DNA of 64,000 nt. Origin: Oopsacas minuta. Lineage: Eukaryota; Animalia; Porifera. Positions 42,874 to 55,832 of this stretch are shown here, piece after piece. Position numbers and translations under genes: made by a program. The DNA lies in NCBI GenBank assembly GCA_024704765.1, contig JAKMXF010000266.1:248001-312000 (forward strand), in the 5' to 3' direction. The notes beneath the pieces were generated by a model, which was given only the letters and a program-made list of their open reading frames with translations, was not told the DNA's origin and searched no databases. The number at the start of each line of letters is the position of its first letter. The stretch's first letter is position 1.

Positions 42874-45471
42874 TTGAAATGTTTCGAAACCTTCTTCAAC
42901 CACTCTCTGTTACTTTTGATAATTTTGACTGTAACGCTTCCAACAAATGGACAAGAAGAGGGAGATTTGAGGTATGCAGAGTTTGGTCTTCAAGTAGCTA
43001 TTAATTCTGAAGAGGGAAATGGTAATTGGAGCTATATATCAAGAGTGAGCTTTGGTTTTGATGAAGCTAAATTGGCTTGTAGCATCTTATCAAGTTCTTC
43101 ACTGGTATCTTATTCAAGTAAAATATTTGATGTCGCTGAACTGGTTGAAGTTAGGTGTAGAGCTATGGACGCTAATTATGATGATTGTAGGTTAGATAGA
43201 ATAATAGATAATGAGTACATTAATGTTACATGTTTGCAACAAAGTAATGTAGCAGGAAGGATAACAGGACAGTTGGAGGACAATAGAGTGTTGATCCATG
43301 TGTTGGAAGGGACGGATTTTGTTTGGGGGCATGTGTGTATAGATGATATTAATGCAGGGTTTGATGAAATCAGTTCAGATCTGTTTTGTATTAACTTAGG
43401 ATATGATAGGGCAATTGTTGGAGAAACTATAAGCTTGGTTTTGCAATCAGAAGAGTTGACTGTTGTAGATTTTTCGAATTGTGCTGAGACAAATTCTTTT
43501 GATCAGTGTTCGTATAGTTTGAGAATGGGTGGTATGCATAATTGCAGAGATAGCAGTGTTATCGCGGTGAAATGTGGGTATACAATGTCTGGAATAACAT
43601 CAGTGTCAAATACAACTAAAATAAATCATACTAGATCAATCACAATGCCACCAGAATCTGACACTCCCAGATCTACAGTGAAAATACACGCACTCACAAC
43701 GCCAGAAGATACAATATCCATAGGAACAATTTCGCCCACGGATATTGCCGCCATTAATGTCCTGGATATTTTACGGAATATGTGGTTTATAATGGGTGCA
43801 ATCATGGTTTTACTTTTTGTCTGTTGCCTTTTTGTAACTGGGTTAGTGTGTATTTGCCTGTGTTTGAGGCGAATTAGAAAAAAGGACTGTGTCGTGAATA
43901 AACATTACCTAGCACAAACCGAGTTTACTAATGCATTTCAGACAGAAATGCCTCCTCCAAATCTTTATGATAACCAAGCGAGTATATTCACCAACAATTT
44001 AGCGTTGATTAATGAGGACACAACACACACAGTTATCTTCAAAACTCTCCGGGATAAATTTGGACAGAGACAGTGCAATGAAACTGTGTTTCAAATCCCA
44101 AAGGAATCAGATTATAATTCTCTCATATATGGGCTCGGTAACATTGTCCCAAACATGGAAGAGAGATTATCTACAAGCAATAAAGTTGTAGACAGTTGGG
44201 AAGATGACGCGTTTTCAGGCTACATCAGCCCCTGTCCTACTCGTCAATGCTTTGCTGATAAAAAATCGTCAGAATTTTGGATCCCTCATAATACTATTAG
44301 AGGTATTTTTGACCAAATGTCAAAGAGACTTTTCAGAGAGATTCTTCCTAATGAATTGTGTTGTGACAAAAAGCTGGGCGAAGGAAACTTCGGATACGTG
44401 TATAGCGGTACATGGAAGTGTCCTGGGGTTGATACTCCACCTGTTCCGGTTGCAATTAAGAGTATTAAATCTGATGAAACCGAATCAAATTTAGGTTTTA
44501 TGAAGGAAGCAGCTACTTTAGGTCAATTCGATCATCCTAACGTTCTGAAACTATTGGGGGTAGTAACACTATTTACCCCTCATATGATGGTAACTGAGTT
44601 GTTGTTTATTGGGTTGAAACAATTCTTAGAAGATACTGCTAGTTCTGGTACTGTAAACTTTAACATTTTTGGATCATTGTTCCTGAACTTTTCACTGGAT
44701 ATAGCTAATGGAATGGAGCATTTAGCCAGTAAGCTTTATGTACACAGGGATTTAGCCGCTAGGAACATTCTCTTGTCACATAATCTCTGCTGTAAGGTTG
44801 GAGATTTGGGGTTAGCACGTAGAGCAAGGGTCGAGGATGAATACTATGTATCATCTGGTGGATTAATTCCTTTCAAATGGACTTCTCCAGAGGGAATCTG
44901 CTACCATAAATACTCAGAGAAGAGTGATGTTTGGAGCTATGGAGTTACACTGTATGAGATATGGTCTGTAGGACAGGATCCATGGAAGGACTTAATACCT
45001 CAAGAGGTTAGTATTTTAGTTCTTTTCAGTATCTAATTGTTGTAGAATTTTTATATTACCATCAGCTCGCGAAATAAATCAGTTTGATTATGTAAAACAA
45101 TTTTGTACTTTTATGTTTTGAAACTTACTAGAGTTTATCTATCGAGATTATAATGTATTCTGTAGGTGATAGACAAGATAACTCAAGGATCTGTTATGCC
45201 CCCACCCTCTGGCTGTCCGAGAGCAATATACAAGTTAATGGTCGATTGCTGGAATCCTAAGAGACTATACAGGCCCTGTTTTAGTGAAATTGCTGACCTA
45301 CTTGATGATGATTCTAACCAGATTATAGTCAGAGGGAATACTCGAATGGAGAGGAGAGAGATGGGAAAACCTCCAAGCGAGGTGAGAAATTTATTGTTCT
45401 TAGATTTGCAGAATAAATATCAAGCCAAAAAGTCTAATCCTTTAACTCTACCTCAAGAAAGACGTATTTAA
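42874..45471 (+). CDS. SRCR-like receptor tyrosine kinase; exons ~42879-45006, 45166-45471; start codon out of frame by 1 nt
   Basis: Two SRCR-like modules, TM, GEGNFG, VAIK, HRDLAARN, DLG, FKWTSPE. No in-frame ATG before the signal peptide. Confidence 0.8.
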
Positions 45472-45949
45472 TTAATGTATTATAACCTACTCTCAATTGT
45501 TCATAAAAGTACTAATATATTCATATACATTAATGTTTTGATTTATGAATTACGTGACTGCTACTTGTAATTATTCCTATTACTCGGTTGAAGAACATTC
45601 AAATAACTCATTTGGCGATGGTATAACTTTTACAAACACTTAGCTAAAACAATGGATTCATGTTATTTCCAATGGTGTATTTGGTTTGAATCATAACATG
45701 AATTTGAGGACTTTGCTAAAATTGCAAAAAACACTATCTAGAATACATAGATTGAGGTTAGATTCAATGTCATCAATTTTAATGACATTAAGAATAGTTC
45801 ATCAACTCTGAAGGCATCACAACATCTATGCTATAATGTCAACTACGTAGATAATAAATTGAATTTTCTGTATTTCACAGGGAAGTTTAGAGGCAAATAA
45901 TTAATCCGTATACATTATGAAAATATTACTTTCGCCTTATCCGGAGTTC

Positions 45950-45972
45950 GTATTAACTAGGTTCCACTGTAG
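45950..45972 (-). mobile_element. Solo terminal fragment of a CAGTGGAACC-type (Tigger-like) element
   Basis: Reverse complement reads TACAGTGGAACCTAGTTAATACG; partner end not found. Confidence 0.4.
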
Positions 45973-46183
45973 TATAATTATTTAGCGGTATCCTAATTTA
46001 AATAGTCCATATATAATCGTATAATTTACAAACCACATCCTTAATTAGCATCTGTAAGGCCGTCAGGCTATATTATCCAAAACAACCATAACCTGATTAA
46101 TGATTCTGCTAATAAATTATCAGATATTCCTTTGGATTAGAAACAATCATGGTTTGACAATCTTCTTAATTAAATATACAATG

Positions 46184-46190
46184 TATAAAT
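46184..46190 (+). promoter_or_regulatory. TATA box of the 46228 gene; paralogous TATATAAAA at 48089-48097
   Basis: TATAAAT about 40 nt before ATG, inside a conserved upstream block shared by both paralogs. Confidence 0.5.
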
Positions 46191-46227
46191 GGTGCGGTAG
46201 GTGACTAAATCATATTAACTGTCAGAT

Positions 46228-46597
46228 ATGTTACAATCTTTCATCTCTATTTTCTTTGCATTACAGGTCTTAATTTATGGACATTTACCATATGTTTCAT
46301 CTATGAGAGTGAGGTACGGCGAGTTGGGTACGCAAATTACCTTAACAAATTCAGATTCTTGGTATTATATTGCGGATCATAATTTTGGACCCAATGAAGC
46401 TTTTGTGATTTGTCAAGAATTCTCAGGAACAAGTATCGTTGATTCCTACACAAGCATAAGTCTCGATGATGATGATGATCTAATCGACATGGATTGTAGT
46501 GATTCGAACTCCCTAGATAATTGCAAATTTGATATAAGAAATGATGATGACTATATAAATGTGACTTGTAGGGAAGATACTTCAACAACAACAACAC

Positions 46598-46632
<35 letters not shown>

Positions 46633-46795
46633 GCACCTACAACAACAACACTTACTACTACTACTACTACACCTATAACAACAACACCTACTGCTACTAC
46701 TACTGCACCTACAACAACAACACCTACTGCTACTACTACTGCACCTACAACAACAACACCTACTGCTACTACTACTGCACCTACAACAACAACAC

Positions 46796-46835
<40 letters not shown>

Positions 46836-47460
46836 ACCTACAACAACTATATCAAGAACAGCAAGCACTGGATCATTGCATAGTGAAACTACAGTGGATT
46901 CCAGAACTACAGACTCTTCCAGCGAATTATTACTGGATGAATCTAGCATGATAATAATAGGGAGCATAACTTCTGCTACTATATTATCCGTCATAGTTAC
47001 AGTATCAATTATAACTCTCATATGTGTTAAGAGTTTAATTCATAAAATGGGAAAGAGAGTTGAAGAACAGCCTAACTTATCTCTAGAGAAGGGAATACAT
47101 GTGAAAAAGATCTCTGAACATTATAAAAACGGTCCAGCAATTCAACGACATCAACTTCTGGTTACCACCGGAAATAATATTGCAACTAGACAGCTGTCAA
47201 ACTTTTCAGAAGGAAATGGATATTATGCTAAAATACAAGGCTATTGTGATGTATCCACCAATGGTATAACGCATGAGTACAATAGGCATTCTCGAAACAC
47301 AAATGAAACTACACAAGCGAATTTGGAAGATGATATTTATTACAATATTGATGGAGACATTGATCCTCGGGTGGACACAAATTATGATCGCTTGAACCCC
47401 AACAATATACGTCCTCAAGATGATATATATGTAACTATGAGTGATAATTTTTCTCAATAA
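46228..47460 (+). CDS. Mucin-stalk single-pass receptor 1 (one degenerate SRCR module, Thr-rich stalk, Tyr tail)
   Basis: VRYGELG.QI..W.YI..F...EA..IC...C...C..INVTC; (ACT)n and 36-nt TTTAPTTTTPTA repeats; TM; YYNI, YDRL, YVTM. Confidence 0.8.
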
Positions 47461-48130
47461 TTATACTTTGATCTTGAACTTAAGACTTGTATATCATAAA
47501 ATGCGTAATTTCTGTTGTACATAATACTTGAATGTTTGAACTATTTTGATTTACTTGTACAATTACTAGTAATTATGATTTGTAAATGTTCTGTAATAAT
47601 ATTGAAAATTTATTAATTCTTGCAAATAACTCAATTGCCAGATTTTGTAGGACACATTTGATTTGGAATACGTCATGAGTATGAATTTGAAGATTTTTCC
47701 AGGAGTTGCAAAGCACTATACGTATATTGTAATTTTCTATATTTAACAGGAAATGTTTAAAATCAATGAGTTGGTTAATTATGAATTTTTGACTATATAT
47801 CTCTTAGAAAATATAATTCATATGATGCTTACAAACTTTCTCACTAGATTTTATTCTATTGTATATTATGTAGCAATTAATATGGTCCATAATTATCCGA
47901 ATCCATTTACAAACTATATCTTTAATTAATATCTGTAAGGTGGTCACTCTATATTGTCCAAAATAGCCACCAACTTTCAGTCATTATCCTAATCAAATTG
48001 GCTGATGCTTTATGGAGAACATTGCCTTATTAGAATCTAGTCTTGAATTACTTTAATAATCTGACACTCTTCTTAATTAAATGCACCATATATAAAACGC
48101 TGGGTCACTGAATTACATCAACTGTCATCT

Positions 48131-49351
48131 ATGTTACAATCTTTCATCTCTATTTTCTTTGCATTACAAGTCATATATTCTGTACATTTATCATTTGTTT
48201 CATCTCACAGAGTGAGGTACGGCGAGTTGGGTCCGCAAATTTCCTTAACAAATTCAGATTCTTGGCATTATATTTCGGATTTTAAGTTTGGGAAAGATGA
48301 AGCTTATGTGATTTGCCGAGAACTCTCACCAACAAGTACCTTTGATTCCTTCACCAGCACGCGTTTCAGAAATGTTAAAAGGTATCTAATCAGCATAGAT
48401 TGTAGACATGCGGGCTTTACTTATACTCTAGATAGTTGCGATTGCGATTTGCAAAAAATAAGAAATCTTTCCTTTATAAATGTGACTTGTTTAGATGATA
48501 ATTTAACTACACCTATAACTACCACACCTACTATTACTATACCTACTATTCCAACTACTATACCTACAACTACTCTACCTATTATTACTACATCTACTAC
48601 TACTACTACACCTACTACTACTACTACACCTACTACCATACCTACAACTACTGCAGCACCTACTACTACTACTACACCCACTACTACAACAACACCTACA
48701 ACTACTATACCTATTACTACACCACCTCCTCCTTCTACACCTACAACAACTTTATCAAGAACAGCAAGCACTGGATCATTGCATAGTGAAACTACAGTGG
48801 ATTCCAGAAGTACAAACTCTTCCAGCGAATTATTACTGGATGGATCTAGCATCATCATAATAGGGAGCATAACTTCTGCTACTATATTATCCGTCATAGT
48901 TACAGTATCAATTATAACCTGCATATGTAGCAGGAAATTATTGAAGAAAATGGAAAGGAGAGTTGAAGACCAGCCTCACATATCTGTAGAGATGGAAAAT
49001 CATGTGAGAAGGATCTCTGAACACTACCATGAAGCTCTCACAATTCAACGACGTCAACTTCAAGTTTCTAGCGAGCATGATATTGCATCTAGACAACTGT
49101 CAAACCTATCAGAAGTAAGTGGATATTATGATAGAATACAAGGCCATTGTGATGTATCCACCAATGACATAACTCATGAAAACAATGGGATTTCCAGAAA
49201 CACAAATGAGACTACACAAGCGCGTTTGGAAGATGATATTTGTTACAATATTAATGGAGACATTGATCCAACGATGGAAACAAATTATGATAGTTTGGGA
49301 CCTAGCAATACTCCTCCTCAAGTTGTTGTATATGCTAATTTATCTCAATAA
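48131..49351 (+). CDS. Mucin-stalk single-pass receptor 2, tandem paralog of the 46228 gene
   Basis: Shared signal peptide and near-identical RTASTGSLHSETTVDSR...IIGSITSATILSVIVTVSIIT; tail YDSL, VVYANL. Confidence 0.8.
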   Translation: MLQSFISIFFALQVIYSVHLSFVSSHRVRYGELGPQISLTNSDSWHYISDFKFGKDEAYVICRELSPTSTFDSFTSTRFRNVKRYLISIDCRHAGFTYTLDSCDCDLQKIRNLSFINVTCLDDNLTTPITTTPTITIPTIPTTIPTTTLPIITTSTTTTTPTTTTTPTTIPTTTAAPTTTTTPTTTTTPTTTIPITTPPPPSTPTTTLSRTASTGSLHSETTVDSRSTNSSSELLLDGSSIIIIGSITSATILSVIVTVSIITCICSRKLLKKMERRVEDQPHISVEMENHVRRISEHYHEALTIQRRQLQVSSEHDIASRQLSNLSEVSGYYDRIQGHCDVSTNDITHENNGISRNTNETTQARLEDDICYNINGDIDPTMETNYDSLGPSNTPPQVVVYANLSQ

Positions 49352-49984
49352 TTTAAAAATACACCTTTGATTTGCAAAAGTATCTGTAATTATATTTTAA
49401 CATTGTGTGGCAAATATATATTTCTTCCTAATAACTTAAAATACTAAGAAAAATTATCACTGTAGTTTTGTACATGGTTTAGGGTTAGCAATTAGACATT
49501 CTATCAATTTCCTTGAAATTTGTTTATCCAAATCGTTTGTGGTTTATAAAGGCTATTGCAACCTAATAATTACTCTGCAATTTTAACCAATACTACATTT
49601 TGTAAACCTTTTTATTTTTGTCATCCAATATTTACCAACGTTATAACTGACAAGAAAGTTGCTGGTTAATTAGAAAACAATTGTTTCTTAAAGTGATAGA
49701 GAATAGAGCTCTATGTACCACCATCATACACAAAGGCGAAATTCAATACTCATAAACTTTTTATTGATAATTATTGTCTAGAAGTGGTTTCCAACAGACC
49801 GACACTAAATACACATCGAAACCCAAATCTAGTATACTCCCAGAATGAATTATGCAACTACTCGTAATTATATCTGTTTTAAGTTCATTTACGCATAACT
49901 TTGTAAGTCAGTATAACTATAAATTAACCTAAGAATTTGTTCACTTACAAGTATTTGCTATTTCCAAGAATAATTGCCTGACTG

Positions 49985-52425
49985 ATGTATCTTTTTGCAA
50001 TAATAATTATATTAACTTCATTATTGTATAAACATTCCATTGCCCCAGACCCCGAATTTGCTTTCCGATTTATGGATGGTTTACAAATCCATTTTAAGCA
50101 AGGACGACATCTAAAATGGTACTATATTGATGTTGAAGATTTCTCATTTCATGTAGGAGCCATTGCCTGTCGGGACTTGTATAATACTTCTTTATACTAT
50201 TATTACTCTGAGGGACAAAAAACTCAAGTGCCGGATGGGCGAGTGAATATATACTGCAGTTCTGACTCCGTTTCCATTCAAAGTTGTCAAATTCTTCCAA
50301 TCGACAAAAATGCAATCGGTCTTAGTGTAAAGACGATATGTCATGATCCTAAGTTGCATAAAAATCCTCCAATAAGGCAATTAGCCGACAATAGTGTGTA
50401 TTTATTACACGAAATCAACCCCGAATCATCTGAAAATTTGTTGATTTGGGGAAAGGTCTGTTTCAATAATGATCATACAAAATCAGTTGCTTGTACAAAC
50501 TTGCAAAATGAAGATGTGATGGCTGCTGGGAGCATACAACATAGTGGTTATGAGCAGATCACATTAATAAACTTCACATGCGGTCCAGATGTATTGAAAC
50601 TCGAGGATTGTTCATACGAAATAAACGACGAATCAGATTGTGAAGATAATGGAGAAGCTCCACTTATATGTGATAATACAACTAATAGCACAACTACTCA
50701 AATTATCAATCCTATTGTTCAAACAAATACTATAACTACCAAGGGAACTTCAACCGCAAATGGAACTTCAACCACAAATGGAACTTCAACCACAAATGGA
50801 ACTTCAAATCCTCCTACTAACAGCAATACAACAACATTATCATCCCATACAAGCACTACTATACAATCTCTACCTATCAGCATGACGGTTCTAACTGCTA
50901 TTGCTACAACACTAAGTTTATGTGTTATCCTCACGATAATAATATTTGTACTGATATTCTTTGCACTCGTGATCACGATAAGGTTAAAAAGGCCAAAGGT
51001 TAGACAACAGAATGAGCACTACCAGAGTGGCACGAACCTAGACTATGAAGTCATAGAACCAGAAGTACAACAAGAATATTCCAACGTGGAAACGATTCAC
51101 AGATCAATCAGTATAACTTCTCAAAATAGATACCAACAATTAGTTCCACAAGAAGTGATCTCTGAGTTGGAAGCTATCTATTCAGTTAGATCTCTTGAAC
51201 CACCTGAAGATGGTATATACGACGATCTTCTCCACACAAATGATCTGGTAGTTCTCACTGTTGAAGATAGAGAATATATGAACATTTCTAATGAAGAGGA
51301 ACGAAAAAATACGTATCTACCATTTTCTTGTGAACTTCCCTGTTTCATTGGTCAGAATGAGTCACAAATTTGGGAGCCAGAAGAAACATTGAAAGGTATC
51401 TACGCTCAGATGGCACACAGCCGATATAGAGAAATAAATTCAAATGAATTGACAAGAAGAGAGCTCCTAGGTGAAGGAAATTTCGGCAATGTACACTCCG
51501 GTATATGGAAATCTCATAATCGAGAAGTTCCAGTGGCAATCAAGAGTCTAAAAGTTGAAGATAAAGATTCTAGTGTTAGTTTCCTACAAGAAGCAGCTAT
51601 CCTTGGACAATTCAACCATCCAAATATCCTCAAACTATTAGGAGTAGTCACTCTAACTACACCTCTAATGATGGTAACAGAACTGATGCGAACTGGACTC
51701 AAGGAATTTCTTTACATTATAGATAATTCAGATGCTTTCCCTATGGACCAGCTTGGAGAAGTGTTCCTCCGATTTACGTTGGAAATAGCAAGTGGGATGG
51801 AGCATTTAGTTTACAAGCAACATGTTCATAGAGATTTAGCAGCTCGGAACATCCTGGTCAGTCACAACTTAACTTGCAAGATCGGTGATTTCGGATTAGC
51901 TCGCGGCGCTAGAGTCAATGATGAATATTACCTATCACAGGGCGGATTAGTTCCAGTGAAATGGACAGCTCCAGAAGCTATGATCTTTAAGAAATACTCT
52001 GAAAGGAGTGACGTGTTCAGCTATGGGGTAACTCTATACGAAATATGGTCTATAGGAGAAGTACCATGGGCAGGAATTGATAACGAAATTGTAAGTACAA
52101 AATTTTCCATTCATTATAAGTGATAATTCCCTGTTATTTATTTATTGCATTGTAGGTTATACAAAAGGTGTGTAAAGGAGAAGTGATGGATCCCCCAGGA
52201 GGATGTCCTAGAAATGTCTACAAACTGATGGTTGACTGCTGGCACCCAGCTAAAGACTACAGGCCCACTTTTAAAGATATAATCAGTCGCTTACAGAAGC
52301 GAAATCAGATATTGCATAAAGGCAAGAATAACTCTAGATTAGGAGAAGCAAATCAAACAAATCGAGCATATTCTGATTTGCAACAAGTATACACCAAGTC
52401 TAAGCAAGTATATTTTGATATTTAA
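49985..52425 (+). CDS. SRCR-like receptor tyrosine kinase; exons 49985-52090, 52156-52425
   Basis: Two SRCR-like modules, NGTSTT x3 stalk, TM, GEGNFG, HRDLAARN, DFG, VKWTAPE. Confidence 0.9.
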
Positions 52426-52885
52426 GATTCGTCTTGTCATTACTATTTGTATTCATTTTTGTTGATAAATAACTTAATGTACTTGTGATAGAATTAATCT
52501 AGTTATATGTTGTGCGTATTATAAATAATTAAATTTACAAGAATTTTGATGAAGTATACTTAGGTCATCCAATCGATCTTGTTCCTTTATAGATAACTTT
52601 ACTTAATTGAATAAATGATTTAATGCGATTACCGGAGATGGCACAATGTTTATTATAACAATAATGAAAGGAATATTGCAGAGTTCAAAAGTATTCACGA
52701 AATGATTTATTGCATTAGTATAATTCGAGAAATAATGCATTACGAAGTGTGTTTAGACTGGTTTTCTGATTTCTAGGATACGTTGAATAGTGAATATAAA
52801 TGGTATAGAGATAGGTATACTTTCTGTTTAATATATAAAGTGTTGATTTCAAGGTAATTTGGAAAAAATTGAATTAATTAAGACA

Positions 52886-55370
52886 ATGAATTTTGTAACT
52901 TGTGTGATACACAGTATATTATTCTGTATTTTAAGATATGGATTGGAATGTTTCGGTCAAGAACAGTACAGTTTTAGACAGCATGTTGATGGAGGTCAAG
53001 AGTATTTGCAGATATTCTACAGTTCAGATGGAATGACTAGTAATGGGGATTATTATAACATTCGTGAACAAGGGATTGATTACAGGGAACTATACTATGC
53101 CTGTAGAAATCTATCGAATGAAGAAGCAATGGTTGAATATTTCAGAATAGATTACAATGATAACTTTAATGAGTTCGAAATCGACTGTGATAATCTCCCT
53201 CCAACTATTGCGAATTGTAATACATTGCGACTTCGTGATGCTGATAGGGTAATAGACTTAATATGCTTAGCTTACTCAGGCTACAATGTAGGAGATGTTC
53301 GTCAGTTAGAAGACGGAAGAATTGTACAGTTGATTGATTTTGCAGATGGAAAGCTCGTTTGGGCGCATTTTTGTTATGCTGGAAATAATTGGGACAACAA
53401 TGTAGCCAATCTAGCCTGTCAGAGTTTGGGATTCGAAGGAGCTAAAGCTGGAATGGAAAGAATACAGATAGAAAATAGGCGGGGTGTATATGGGCTTGTA
53501 AATATAAACTGTGATGGAGTAACGCGTTTTCCTAACTGTACGAGCGAAGCTAGAGATGATAATGCTAATAGATGTATGGGAGAAGATGTAATAGCTCTTA
53601 TTTGTGAAAATTTTATCCAAACTTCTACTCAAATAGCATCAATAAATTTTCAATCTACCATGAATACACCACTCAGCACTCAAACTACGATGAATACACC
53701 ATTCAGCACTCAAACTAACATATTAATGTCCTCAAGTTCCAATAACCTCCAAATCAGTTCATCAAATATTCCAGAACAAACCAATACTTCTCCAATTATA
53801 ACAACAACACCAAATACTCTAAACAGGGAGACAGACAATCTAATAGCCATAATTGCTGTCGTAGCTTCAGTGGTGGTAATCATAATAATACTATTCATAG
53901 TAGTATTCTTCATTGCTCTTTATTGCATTGTTAATAAGCGTAAGAAGAAACATGTTGTTGATGGTAGAGATACAAATGGTGATGTGCATGACTATAATAT
54001 TCGGTCTACAACAAATCTCACTGAATCTGGCCACACATACAATTCTCCAGGGCAATTGTTCGGTACCTCATTTACTCAATCAGGACAGAGTGGAGGAAAT
54101 ATTTATGAAATGAGTCCGTTGGAAGATGTTCAAGAGTTGTATTATGAAACATCAAATACTGATATACAAGAGGATATCTACTCAGTGTTGATATACGATA
54201 GTGATCAAGTTGTACCAAATTTCACTGACAGACAATACCATGAAGTTCAACACAAAACTGAAGAAGACAATCTCTATTTACAACCTAATGACGAACTTCC
54301 TTGTTTTATCTATCAAAATGATCCGATTTTCTGGCAACCCGAAGAGACGGAAGGTGGAATATATTCACAAATGTCAGAGAAAAGATATCGTGAAATCAAT
54401 CCAAGTCTTCTCATAAAATATGAACAACTTGGACAGGGAAATTTTGGATTTGTCCACAGTGGAATTTGGAATTCAAAGAAAGGTAGAATTCCTGTAGCAA
54501 TAAAAACCCTAAAAATGGAAAACAAAGAAACGAGCATCACTTTTCTACAAGAAGCAGCTATTCTAGGACAGTTCAATCATCCTAATGTCCTCAAGTTATT
54601 AGGTGTAGTGACTCTATCCAATCCAATAATGATGGTAACAGAACTATTGACCAGTGGATTGCTGGAGTATTTAAATGAAGTTAGAACGTCAGGTGAAACA
54701 CAAATACATCCACTAGGCAACAATCTGGCAAGATTTACGACAGATATAGCTCTCGGAATGCAATACTTAGCGTGCAAGAAATACATCCATAGAGATCTAG
54801 CTGCAAGGAATATCCTTGTTAGCCAAAAACTATCGTGTAAAATAGGAGACTTCGGTTTAGCTCGTATGGCAAAGGATAATGACTACTACGTGTCGTCTGG
54901 GGGGTTAATTCCATTGAGATGGACAGCACCAGAAGCCATCTTCTATAAGAAGTATTCAGAAAAGAGTGACGTTTGGAGTTATGGCATTACCTTGTATGAG
55001 ATTTGGTCTATAGGTAGAATTCCTTGGGATAAATTTACTACTGAAGAGGTAGGTTTTTCTTGTATACTTTGCTCACTTTTTCACGTCGTATTTATTTTTA
55101 TTATTTTCACAGGTTGTTGACAATGTCTCACAGCTAAAACTCCAATCTCCACCTACTGGATGTCCAAGGTTCATATACGAAATAATGGTAAGTTGTTGGG
55201 ATCCTAATAAAGACTCAAGACCAAGTTTCAACGAGATTTTACTAAGAATGAATTCAAATAAAAGCAAGATGTTATCGAGAGGGAACCAAAAGGCAGAGAA
55301 ACTAAATCTAGGCTTGGATCCTATCCTGAGCAAATTTCTCTTCATTGACCTACAGAATAAGTACCAATAG
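52886..55370 (+). CDS. SRCR-like receptor tyrosine kinase; exons 52886-55048, 55113-55370
   Basis: ATG 52886; GQGNFG, VAIK, HRDLAARN, DFG, DYYVSSGGLIPLRWTAPE. Confidence 0.9.
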
Positions 55371-55832
55371 ATTTTGTTATCAGGATATTTGCTTTGTATT
55401 AAGTATTATATATCCAAATTTGTTCATTTCCCAATAGTTAATTTCATAAATCTTTAAGTGACACACCCTGAATAATATTCGTGAAAAGCTTGTAAGAGGA
55501 ATTCGCCATAGCTAATAGGTCATGTCACGTTGACCAGTATTAGTTGCCCTAATCTGTATATGAAGAATATTACTTCCATATTAAGATATTCCAAAAATGT
55601 ACAACATGATTCTCAGTAACCAATCCACCAGGTTCTTAGTTAGTTGATCCAATTACTGTGCACTAGGTACTAATCATGATTTAGTATCAAATTGCACATG
55701 TCAACTACGTAATATATGATTGTATCTTGATTGTAGAAGAGAGATATGTTTGGGAGTATATTAAGATCGAATAGTTCTTTTGAATTATTTTCTCTTCAAC
55801 TGATCCAAATTTAAAATTATTTGGGAGTAATA

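Noticed and set aside
46551-47021. Val-rich antisense ORFs (also 48421-48924, 56325-56830, 8050-8469, 59804-61377 and similar)
   Set aside because: Shadow frames of Thr/Pro/Cys-rich coding repeats on the real strand; no independent coding signal.
45836-55711. Shared 14-mer ATGTCAACTACGTA upstream of the 46228 and 55833 genes
   Set aside because: Exact 14-mer matches are expected by chance in 64 kb of AT-rich DNA, and I did not see it before the other receptors.
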